Origin: a virus
DNA: 64,000 nucleotides
Direction: 5' to 3' (one strand)
IMG/VR virus record: IMGVR_UViG_3300027467_000624
Part shown: piece by piece, positions 17,149-24,815 of the stretch
Layout of the letters: each line of letters opens with the position of its first letter
How positions within the stretch are numbered: position 1 is the stretch's first letter
Notes under the pieces: model-generated
The model's input: the letters and a program-made list of their open reading frames with translations, nothing else
Told to the model about the DNA's origin: nothing
Database searches by the model: none
Program-made: the position numbers and the translations under genes

Positions 17149-17249
17149 TTGATATCACCTAAAAATTTAGCAAGTGGATCTCTACCAGTTTTCATAATTT
17201 CACATGCTCTTTTATAAAACATATTATCTATGTTCCCCGATTCTTCCAT
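17145..17249 (-). CDS. Tiny hypothetical protein (34 aa)
   Basis: MEESGNIDNMFYKRACEIMKTGRDPLAKFLGDIK preceded by AAGGAGG Shine-Dalgarno. Confidence 0.55.
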   Translation of the reverse strand: MEESGNIDNMFYKRACEIMKTGRDPLAKFLGDIK

Positions 17250-17335
17250 TACCTCCTTAATTTTTTTCCAATTTTCGTAGGTGTGGGTATCCATTAAGTT
17301 TAATGCGATTTGATTTTATAATTAAAAAATTAAAA

Positions 17336-17596
17336 TCACCTGATTTCAAATTCTAATTTTCTAATTTTACGATTTTTTCTTGCTTCTTGAAAGGCAAGAT
17401 CTTCCTTTGTTAGGACAGCATTTACATTTTCACTTTTCTTCTTAACAACTCCAGTAATAATTTCAACTAGTGATAGATCATTTGCAGAAATAACGTCATC
17501 ACGAATTGTAGTCATATTTACACATCCACAAGATTTTGTAAGAGTGGAGTGCCCTTGAATTTCACTATTGCAATTTTTACATCTAATTTTTAACAT
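17336..17596 (-). CDS. Hypothetical protein with Zn-ribbon-like cysteines
   Basis: RCKNC...SCGCVN. Confidence 0.65.
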   Translation of the reverse strand: MLKIRCKNCNSEIQGHSTLTKSCGCVNMTTIRDDVISANDLSLVEIITGVVKKKSENVNAVLTKEDLAFQEARKNRKIRKLEFEIR

Positions 17597-17634
17597 TTAT
17601 GTCACCACTAGCAACAATATCTTATTTATGGTTA

Positions 17635-17665
17635 TAAAAAAAGGGTACTGCAAATACAGTACCCT
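17635..17665 (-). terminator. Intrinsic terminator after porin
   Basis: AGGGTACTG/CAGTACCCT 9-bp stem plus T-run. Confidence 0.8.
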
Positions 17666-17705
17666 GTCAATATAAAATTTATATTTTTAATATTCTTTTA
17701 ATATA

Positions 17706-19175
17706 TCAGAACTTAAAGGTCGTCTGAATTACACCACCCCAATTAGAGGAGTTTTCAGCAAGACGTTGGTTGTCACTTCCGTAGATGATAGCAGGAGTGA
17801 CACTGATGTTATCAGATACTTGATACTTGTAGAAGATTTCAAGCATCGTGGACTTTTCAAGGTTCTCACCAGTAGGTGCCTGACCGATAGCAACACCAGC
17901 AGAGTTACCCTTAGCAAATACATCTGCCCATTGGAGACCAGCCATCCAGGACTGGCTGTTGGTAGCATCACTTTGAGTACCACTTACAGTGTTCCAACCA
18001 TAACCTGCCGAGATTGAAGGTGCCCAACCAGATTGGGAAGGTTGCCAGTAAGCATTCAGTGCATAACCATTAGAGGTTTGACCTGGAACAAGAGAACCAG
18101 AAGCACCATTCAGACCATTGTAGGTGCGAACACGAGTGCCTTCAGTACCATAACGATAACCAAATGTAGCACCCCAGTTAGTACCACGATAACCGATTTG
18201 TGCCAGAGTATTCAGAGCACCAGAACGATCAAACTCACCAGTTGAACTATCTTGACCATTTTGTGCAACATAGTTTACACCAGCAACAAGACCCTTCTTA
18301 CCATACTGGATACCGAAACCAGAACCAGTTGCCTTGTTATAAACACCAGGAGCACCTGCTACCTGGAAGAAATCAAGGATCTTGGACTGATATGCTGAAG
18401 GAACCCAAGCAATTTCAGTGTTACGAACCAGAGCACCAGCAGTCAAGGTTGCTTTGTTGTTGAAAGCAGGGAACTGATAGTACAGACGGTCAATTACTAC
18501 GTTGTTGCCGACTTCACTAACAGTGCTATCTGCCTTATCCAGTTTAAAGATGGAAGAACTGGAACCGAAAGGATTGCTGCTGAAATTAGATGAACGTAGA
18601 CGGGTGCGAAGCAGATCTTGACCAGTAAACGAAGTATCCAGGTTCAGACGTAGATCATAGTTAAATGCAGTGTGAGTTACATCACCATCTTTGGTCTGGT
18701 AGTCATCAACACCACCAAGAACAAAGTTTGCTTCACCACGGAGTTTAGTTGTGGTGGAGAACTGAGTTGCTTCCAGTTCACCAACCTGTGCTTCCAGTTT
18801 ATCTACACGACCACGGAGAACAGCAAGTTCAGCAGCAAACTCGTTGGTAAGACGCTTCAGTTCATCGGTAACTTCAGTCACACGATCCAGACAAGCATTC
18901 AGAAGTGCTGCTGCTTCATAACGGGTCATGGCACTACCACCACCAAAGGTGCCGTTAGGATAACCAGCAACGCAACCATAACGTTCTACAAGGTTGCTAA
19001 GTGCTTGATATGCCCAATCGGTAGGACGAACATCAGAGAATTGAGTGACACTTGTGACCTGCTCAGAGGAAGCATACTGGGTTACTCCATTCATATTAAG
19101 GTCTGCTGCAGTCGCAGCAGGAGCAACCATTCCGAGAGCAACAGGTGCAAGCATCAGTTGTTTGAAAAATTTCAT
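17706..19175 (-). CDS. som: Cyanobacterial outer-membrane porin (SLH domain, coiled coil, OprB-type barrel; Som family)
   Basis: FSDVRPTDWAYQALSNLVERYGCVAGYP, TRYEAAA, QFSTTTKL, C-terminal QTTFKF. Confidence 0.93.
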   Translation of the reverse strand: MKFFKQLMLAPVALGMVAPAATAADLNMNGVTQYASSEQVTSVTQFSDVRPTDWAYQALSNLVERYGCVAGYPNGTFGGGSAMTRYEAAALLNACLDRVTEVTDELKRLTNEFAAELAVLRGRVDKLEAQVGELEATQFSTTTKLRGEANFVLGGVDDYQTKDGDVTHTAFNYDLRLNLDTSFTGQDLLRTRLRSSNFSSNPFGSSSSIFKLDKADSTVSEVGNNVVIDRLYYQFPAFNNKATLTAGALVRNTEIAWVPSAYQSKILDFFQVAGAPGVYNKATGSGFGIQYGKKGLVAGVNYVAQNGQDSSTGEFDRSGALNTLAQIGYRGTNWGATFGYRYGTEGTRVRTYNGLNGASGSLVPGQTSNGYALNAYWQPSQSGWAPSISAGYGWNTVSGTQSDATNSQSWMAGLQWADVFAKGNSAGVAIGQAPTGENLEKSTMLEIFYKYQVSDNISVTPAIIYGSDNQRLAENSSNWGGVIQTTFKF

Positions 19176-19287
19176 ATAATTTGTTAAGAATTACAACTAC
19201 GAAAATTATTTATGTTTTTTAAAAAATTTAAGAAACAAATTGGGTAAAACCTAAAAGTGTATTTAAGTTTTACCCATGTTAATTAAC

Positions 19288-19316
19288 ACAATAGGTCAAT
19301 TAACAGTATTTGTCAA
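19288..19316 (-). promoter_or_regulatory. Sigma70-type promoter for porin
   Basis: TTGACA-17-TATTGT; 10-bp inverted repeat TGGGTAAAAC/GTTTTACCCA (19241-19276) in the leader. Confidence 0.5.
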
Positions 19317-19591
19317 GAAGAAATAGGAACTTCTACTTGAACTAAACGGGAGGCATAATCATATGCATATGAAGTGCGGGCACCATGATGCCCCCAACCA
19401 ATCCAACTATAAGCATAGTCCATGTAACGATCAATAGATTTACCAGGAACTTTCATCCTATCTTCGATTCGTTGCCATTGAACTTCAGTTGTTAAATAAC
19501 GAAGTTGCGTGTGAAGGTCTGATGGTGACCCACCATACTTCTTAGCAAAATCACCCAATCCATAATATCTGTTGGCAGATGTCCATTCCAA
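19313..19591 (-). pseudogene. Orphan 3' half of a second allele of the phage-tail-lysozyme gene (21705..22358)
   Basis: 65 of 86 residues identical to that protein's C-terminus by manual alignment; lacks signal peptide and GNIRQES region; only a TTG start. Confidence 0.75.
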
Positions 19592-19732
19592 TTTTATTTA
19601 CCAAGTTCTACTGGTAATTTAATATCGTTCAATTCATCATAAAGAAGTTTAGCAAAAATAAGATGTGGTTTCTGTCTTGTTTCTATTGCTGAACTTGTAG
19701 CAACACTCCACATAATATCAAGTTGTAGTTTA

Positions 19733-19999
19733 TCAGGTAGTTTCTTCATCAGGTAGTTCCTCATTCAAATCAACACCATCTAAAATTTTATCTGCCCATT
19801 TTAGTGCTTCAATATTCCCAATAATAGATTTGATTTGTTTGAGATTATCATAAAGTTCTTTATTGAAATCATAACATTCAGTCAAATGTTCTATGTTATT
19901 GTCCTCAAAGTTAGTTTCCTCACGGATTTCCCAAGACAAACCATCCATATCTGCTGCGGTTTCTGTGAGAAAGTATTCAAGTGTTTCAAGTAAAGTCAT
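19733..19999 (-). CDS. Hypothetical acidic protein
   Basis: ORF track; part of a tightly coupled small-ORF string. Confidence 0.6.
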   Translation of the reverse strand: MTLLETLEYFLTETAADMDGLSWEIREETNFEDNNIEHLTECYDFNKELYDNLKQIKSIIGNIEALKWADKILDGVDLNEELPDEETT

Positions 20000-20174
20000 C
20001 AGTTTTCCCCACAGATACTTCTACTTCCATTTCATTCATAATCATTTGAAGTTTTTTGACTATATTGTTTCGTGTTTCCTCTGTGGAAGAACCAGTCCAA
20101 TACTTACCGTGACTTATAGAGTGTAGCACAGTATCTGTGAGAATGTATAAGTCAAGTGCTGTGAGTTTAGTCAT
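19986..20174 (-). CDS. Hypothetical protein (62 aa), paralog of 20475..20678
   Basis: MTKLTALDL...MEVEVSVGKTD. Confidence 0.65.
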   Translation of the reverse strand: MTKLTALDLYILTDTVLHSISHGKYWTGSSTEETRNNIVKKLQMIMNEMEVEVSVGKTDDFT

Positions 20175-20485
20175 TTTGCTCCTGTCGGTATTCTTCCTCT
20201 TTATCCAATCGTGCTTCAAGTTCAGAAATTTTAGTGTAGAGTGTATCCAAGTGTTCGGTGAGTTCATAAACATTCACAATACCTACATTAAGAGATTTGT
20301 AAATCCCATCCCAAGTTGGTTGTTTGTCAGTCATTTGTTTCTTCTTCTTTTTTACATTCCCACAAGTATAGGTGATAATGCATCATTTCTACACCTGTTT
20401 TAGTAATCAACATATCTGGATTATCATTTTTTTCAATCTCATCCCAATCAATTGGATTTTTTTCACACCATTCTTCATAAGTCAT
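20167..20485 (-). other. Two further small coupled ORFs (about 20327..20485 and 20167..20334)
   Basis: MTYEEWCEKNPIDWD... and MTDKQPTWDGIYKSL... by manual translation, ATGA-type overlaps. Confidence 0.4.
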
Positions 20486-20678
20486 CTTGGGCATCAGTTT
20501 TCTCCACAGTTAGTTCTACTTCCATATTACTCAAAATTGTTTGAACCTTATTCGCAACATTTTCTCTTGCTTCTTTTGTATATCCACCAAGAGTTCCCTC
20601 AAATCCTGCGATAGAAAGAGTTCTATACAAAGTATCTGAAATTACCATCAAATCAAGTGCTGTGAGTTTATTCATCAT
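20475..20678 (-). CDS. Hypothetical protein, paralog of 19986..20174
   Basis: MMNKLTALDL...MEVELTVEKTD. Confidence 0.65.
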   Translation of the reverse strand: MMNKLTALDLMVISDTLYRTLSIAGFEGTLGGYTKEARENVANKVQTILSNMEVELTVEKTDAQDDL

Positions 20679-20877
20679 CAGAACTCCATTTGGTGCTTAC
20701 ATTACTTCTTTCCCAACCTTCATCATAACCCACTTTGAAACCTTCTGTGTAGATTAAAGCAGCAAACTTTAAGAGGTCGTCTTCATCACACTCCCAGTAA
20801 ATATCGTTTGTTATTTTACTTATATGTCTATCAGCACCACAGGTTTTAGCAAGTTTTAGGATTTGTTCGTTAGTCAT
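20668..20877 (-). CDS. Hypothetical protein
   Basis: First ORF after the dyad promoter at 20900-20956. Confidence 0.6.
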   Translation of the reverse strand: MTNEQILKLAKTCGADRHISKITNDIYWECDEDDLLKFAALIYTEGFKVGYDEGWERSNVSTKWSSDDE

Positions 20878-20899
20878 CGGTTTGGTTGCTTATGAGAGT

Positions 20900-20956
20900 A
20901 TTATAAGGCATCACAGGGGCATTTGGAGTGTCCCTGTGCCAGTTCTTCAAGTGTCC
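20900..20956 (-). promoter_or_regulatory. Dyad-N29-TATAAT promoter, copy 1 (putative early promoter)
   Basis: ACACTT-GAAG-AACTGGCACA, 29 nt, TATAAT; same spacing at 50360 and 53503. Confidence 0.6.
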
Positions 20957-21607
20957 TCAAACAACTCTACCATACCAAAAACCACTTGGAACTTCATCAA
21001 TAGAGTTTATGTATTTGTTTTCATTTCCATTTGTAATCCACTTTTTACCATAACAAGGATTTTTCTCACCAAGTTTTGCCTCAATATGTTTTCTTTTTGT
21101 TTCTGGATTTTGATGAGATTTGAGTGCTGCCTGTCTATGGTTCTCAACTACTTCTGGACGATTGTGTGCTTTCTTTCCAACTCTACTTTTTAGTTTTCTC
21201 ATTTCTGGATTACTCAAAGTTCTAATCAAGTTTTTTCTTGCTTTCTCTTTGAGTTTTGGATTACTCATAGGATTGTATTCTGTTTTCATCAACTCACTTC
21301 TTTTCTTGTTTGCTTCTTCACCAGCACCTTTATTACAATAAAATCCAGTAGAAGTTTGTTTTGCCCTATTAGCAAAGTGTGGATTTTTATCTACTTCATA
21401 AAAATCGTGGAGAGCACATTCTGCTTCAAGTGCTTCTTCAACACTCCCAAAAGTTTCTAATATTATTTTTTGAGTTGGATTGAAAGTTTTATCTTTGAAA
21501 CTTCCAAAATAACTTACATCTTCTTCTGGAAGACATTTACATTCTCTTTTTCCAATATAACCTCTTCCATATTCCTCATAGGAATAATACACATAAAAGT
21601 GTTTCAT
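20957..21607 (-). CDS. Free-standing GIY-YIG homing endonuclease (seg-like)
   Basis: FYVYYSYEEYGRGYIGKR, YFGS, EALEAE, FAN; basic repeats; KWITNG...GRV C-terminal motif. Confidence 0.85.
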   Translation of the reverse strand: MKHFYVYYSYEEYGRGYIGKRECKCLPEEDVSYFGSFKDKTFNPTQKIILETFGSVEEALEAECALHDFYEVDKNPHFANRAKQTSTGFYCNKGAGEEANKKRSELMKTEYNPMSNPKLKEKARKNLIRTLSNPEMRKLKSRVGKKAHNRPEVVENHRQAALKSHQNPETKRKHIEAKLGEKNPCYGKKWITNGNENKYINSIDEVPSGFWYGRVV

Positions 21608-21616
21608 ACTACTCTA

Positions 21617-21691
21617 ACTTGCTGACATTACTATTTATACAAGAAAGGAGTGCCGAAGCACTCCAATCCCACCTGAAAAGTGTCAGCAAGT
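21617..21691 (-). promoter_or_regulatory. Terminator, late promoter and RBS-sequestering inverted repeat upstream of the endonuclease
   Basis: GGAGTGC-TTCG-GCACTCC hairpin (21647-21664), TATAAATA (21632-21639), 11-bp IR 21617-21627 / 21681-21691. Confidence 0.7.
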
Positions 21692-21704
21692 CAGGTAAAG
21701 TTAT

Positions 21705-22358
21705 TTAGACATCAGCAAGAACCAATCGTTTAGCATAGTCATAAGCATATTGTGTTCTTGCTCCATGGTGTCCCCATCCAATCCATTCGTAGGCATAATT
21801 CATATACCTATCAATAGATTTTCCAGAAACTTTCATTCTGTTTTCAATACTCTTCCATTGTGGTTCAGTAGTAATATACCGAAGTTGAGTATCAGCAGTA
21901 GAAGGATTACCTCCTATTTTTTTAGCAAAAGCACCCAGTCCATAATAACGAGAAGCAGAAGTAAATTGTATCAAACCATAACCTCTTCCACAATTATAGT
22001 ATGAGGTTCTACTACCACCTTCACAAATGTTAGGCACGAATGTTGATTCCTGTCTAATATTGCCCATGATGGTAGCAAGGGCGTTTCTGTCTCTAATACC
22101 ACGATCCTGGAAAAATGCCAGGGTAGCATTCTCATGTTCATTACACCCTTTACAAATTAGTCTTTTCTCTTTTGGCTTTGGTGGTGCAACCTCTAGGATT
22201 GCTGTCTTCTCGGGTTCAAACTCTTTAATAATAGAATAAGGTTTTTCATCCACTGGGGGAGGAGGACCTTGCAGTTTATAACTAGAGAAAGGCAGTGATG
22301 CCGTATTGGTTGTAACCATTGCTAAAAGAGGAACGGCTACAGTAAAGAAGTTTAGCAT
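21705..22358 (-). CDS. Signal-peptide protein with phage tail lysozyme (Phage_lysozyme2-like) domain
   Basis: ALATIMGNIRQES...GYGLIQFT...QLRY; start MLNFFTVAVP. Confidence 0.75.
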   Translation of the reverse strand: MLNFFTVAVPLLAMVTTNTASLPFSSYKLQGPPPPVDEKPYSIIKEFEPEKTAILEVAPPKPKEKRLICKGCNEHENATLAFFQDRGIRDRNALATIMGNIRQESTFVPNICEGGSRTSYYNCGRGYGLIQFTSASRYYGLGAFAKKIGGNPSTADTQLRYITTEPQWKSIENRMKVSGKSIDRYMNYAYEWIGWGHHGARTQYAYDYAKRLVLADV

Positions 22359-22364
22359 TAAAAT

Positions 22365-22445
22365 TAATTGAACTCTACATCCGTATAGAAAGGGGGTACA
22401 CCCTTTTCTCAAAGGGCACTTTCCACGGCTCTAATTGTCACTCAA
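22365..22445 (-). ncRNA. Structured 5' leader RNA candidate
   Basis: Nested stems CCGU/ACGG, GGAAAG/CUUUCU, CCCUUU-GAGA-AAAGGG (GNRA loop) at 22381-22428. Confidence 0.45.
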
Positions 22446-22487
22446 AGTCTCATTACAAGAAAACCCACCTTATGGTGGGTTATAAAC

Positions 22488-22516
22488 ATTATAAGTTTTT
22501 ATTTAGAATCTGTCAA
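22488..22516 (-). promoter_or_regulatory. Consensus sigma70 promoter
   Basis: TTGACA-17-TATAAT perfect match. Confidence 0.8.
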
Positions 22517-22707
22517 GATTCCACTTCTTCAGAAGTTTCTTTGGATTCTGGCTCTGGCAAAGTAACTCCAATTTGTGTTAGATACTCAATAGCTCCTTGA
22601 ACTTTCCAAAAAAGTTCTCTGTTTTGATTAATTTCTGATTCAAGTTTAACTCTTTGTTCTAAAAGTTGTTGTAGATGTTGCTGCTGTTCTGTCATTTTTT
22701 TTCTCAA
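22513..22707 (-). CDS. Small coiled-coil hypothetical protein
   Basis: ORF track; likely start MTEQQQ. Confidence 0.6.
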   Translation of the reverse strand: MRKKMTEQQQHLQQLLEQRVKLESEINQNRELFWKVQGAIEYLTQIGVTLPEPESKETSEEVES

Positions 22708-22725
22708 ATTTTATTAAAAGTTTAT

Positions 22726-22902
22726 TTAGTAATCTTCAGGTTCTAGAGAGACAATCTCAAGTTCATCATCTTCCGGTTCAATCCACTCATAAAACTCAGC
22801 AAGAATTGCGCGTGCATCCTCTTTAGGAATGCTCATATCAGCGGCACGGTCAAGAGACCATGACCTAACATGAGCAACAATATCTTCAGTCGTTGCGTTC
22901 AT
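22726..22902 (-). CDS. Hypothetical protein (58 aa)
   Basis: MNATTEDIVAHVRSWSLDRA; ORF-track start overlaps upstream gene. Confidence 0.6.
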   Translation of the reverse strand: MNATTEDIVAHVRSWSLDRAADMSIPKEDARAILAEFYEWIEPEDDELEIVSLEPEDY

Positions 22903-23329
22903 AATAGTCCTTTCGGAAGTACCTGTTGAGGATGTTGCTATTGTAGTATCTGGGCACTCCACTGTCAAGGGATTCTGTGAGAACATTGTTGAAGAAGAGT
23001 TGCCTTGTTTCTTCAAAGTTTGTTTTGCCCTTTGTTTTATGTAATGATAAAATAGTGCGCGTAAAATTCTCCCTACCATATTTCTCTATATCTTCTTTGA
23101 GTTCTGGACATGAACCATAGTATTTTTTCCAATCAGATTCTGCCTTAACCTTTCTAGATTTTCCTCTCGGTGTGCGGAAGCTCCAGAAATATTTTCGACC
23201 AATATAGTCACGATTAGTTTTGTTGCAATGAATATGATATACGAAACCAAAATAATCCTGAATATCACTCGAACCAAATTCTTTTCCATTGTAGGTCCAA
23301 GGATTCTCATAGTCAATATCTGTACTCAT
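22886..23329 (-). CDS. GIY-YIG-like nuclease downstream of nrdB
   Basis: GFVYHI...YIGRK, YYGS, EET, YYNSNI. Confidence 0.7.
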   Translation of the reverse strand: MSTDIDYENPWTYNGKEFGSSDIQDYFGFVYHIHCNKTNRDYIGRKYFWSFRTPRGKSRKVKAESDWKKYYGSCPELKEDIEKYGRENFTRTILSLHKTKGKTNFEETRQLFFNNVLTESLDSGVPRYYNSNILNRYFRKDYYERND

Positions 23330-23474
23330 CAATAATATCAAGAACTTCGTTCAGATATTTATGAGCAAGTCCTTTCATATCCATTTCGGGTCTAATATGA
23401 TCTTTATAAAGATTGTCTTTTAATTTCAAAACACGAACTTTAATTTCATCTTTAGTCAGTTGATTTTTAGACAT
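23313..23474 (-). CDS. Small hypothetical protein (53 aa), paralog of 4381..4539
   Basis: MSKNQLTKDEIK...AHKYLNEVLDIIDEYRY. Confidence 0.6.
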   Translation of the reverse strand: MSKNQLTKDEIKVRVLKLKDNLYKDHIRPEMDMKGLAHKYLNEVLDIIDEYRY

Positions 23475-23512
23475 AAAAAAGGGGAAGGATAACTTCCCCT
23501 ATCTATATGAGA

Positions 23513-23662
23513 TTAAGTATTCTCACCTAACCATTCTTTGCAAAAGTCATAATCTCCAAACATAAACTCATCACATTCTGCTGCTTCTTTGTATGCGTTC
23601 AGAATTTCCTGTTCACACCATTCATCATAATTGGAATCCTGCGAAAGTATTTTTGGTAACAT
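23513..23662 (-). CDS. Small acidic hypothetical protein overlapping the nrdB end
   Basis: MLPKILSQDSNYDEWCEQEILNAYKEAAECD by manual translation. Confidence 0.4.
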   Translation of the reverse strand: MLPKILSQDSNYDEWCEQEILNAYKEAAECDEFMFGDYDFCKEWLGENT

Positions 23663-24815
23663 CTTGTTTGATTCCGCCGACTACATAACTCTCGACTTCC
23701 GTTTCCTGGGGAGCAACCTGGAGACCTTTAGAGGAAATCCAGTGCTGTGTCCAAGGAAGTGGATTATTGTTTGCTGAAATATCGTATTGGGGTTTTAGTC
23801 CAATTGCTTTAAGTCTTCTATTTGCTACCCATTCAACATATTGTTGAAGAAGTTTGTCGTTTAATCCAATCATGCTGCCATCTTTGAACAGATAATCTGC
23901 CCATTTCTTCTCTTCGTTTACAGCACGATCAAACATCTTATAAGTCCATTCCTCTTCTTCTTTCATAATCTTTTGCATTTCTGGATCATCACCTTCTCTC
24001 CACTTATTCAGAATGTTCTGAGTAAGTGCTAAGTGTTGGTTTTCATCTCTTGCGATAAGAGAGATGATTTTAGCAGATCCTTCCATAAGCTTAAGTTCAC
24101 CAAAGGCGAAACTACAAGCAAAACTAACGTAGAAGCGAATACCTTCAAGAATATTAACGTTTGCGACTGCTCTGTACAGTTTTCGTTTGACATCATTGAG
24201 ATTTTCCCTTGCGTATGTGACTCCTTCAAGTTGTTGCTTCCAAGTTTCGGAAGTACCATAATTCTGTGCAGATTGAATAAAGTCATCATAAGACTCTGTG
24301 ACGCTCTTAGCACGTTCCAGAATACGCTCATCACCAATAATAGTATCAAACACCTCAGATGGGTCTGAATATACGTTCTTGATAATGTAAGTGTATGAGC
24401 GACTATGGATCATCTCCATAAATCCCCACACTTCCATACATGCTTCTAACTCAGGGAGTGAGCAGTATGGAATGAATGCCATACCAGGACCACGACCCTG
24501 AACAGAATCAAGCATAATCTGATACTTCAGGTTAGAAGTATAAATGTGCTTCTGTTCAGGGCGAAGTGTTTGATAATCTCCACGATCCTTCTGGAGAGAC
24601 ACCTCTTCGGGTCTCCAGAAGTATCCAAGTTGCTGAGTGGTTAGTTTATCAAAAATAGGATATTTGTATGAATCGTATCTTTGAACCCCAAGTGGTTTAC
24701 CAAAAAACATTGGTTGTTTTTTGGTGTCAACTTTTTCAGTATTAAAAACAGTCATTCCTTTAATATTTGTTTGAGGTTCTTCTGTTGAAGAAATTTTAAA
24801 CTGCACAGGATTCAC
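23625..24815 (-). CDS. nrdB: Ribonucleotide reductase class Ia beta subunit
   Basis: FWRPEEV, DSVQGRG, EMIHSRSY, LEGIRFY, RDENQH, QETEVESY. Confidence 0.97.
   Translation of the reverse strand: MNPVQFKISSTEEPQTNIKGMTVFNTEKVDTKKQPMFFGKPLGVQRYDSYKYPIFDKLTTQQLGYFWRPEEVSLQKDRGDYQTLRPEQKHIYTSNLKYQIMLDSVQGRGPGMAFIPYCSLPELEACMEVWGFMEMIHSRSYTYIIKNVYSDPSEVFDTIIGDERILERAKSVTESYDDFIQSAQNYGTSETWKQQLEGVTYARENLNDVKRKLYRAVANVNILEGIRFYVSFACSFAFGELKLMEGSAKIISLIARDENQHLALTQNILNKWREGDDPEMQKIMKEEEEWTYKMFDRAVNEEKKWADYLFKDGSMIGLNDKLLQQYVEWVANRRLKAIGLKPQYDISANNNPLPWTQHWISSKGLQVAPQETEVESYVVGGIKQDVTKNTFAGFQL

Noticed and set aside
19259-19273. Possible NtcA box upstream of the porin
   Set aside because: Spacing is GTA-N9-TAC, not GTA-N8-TAC
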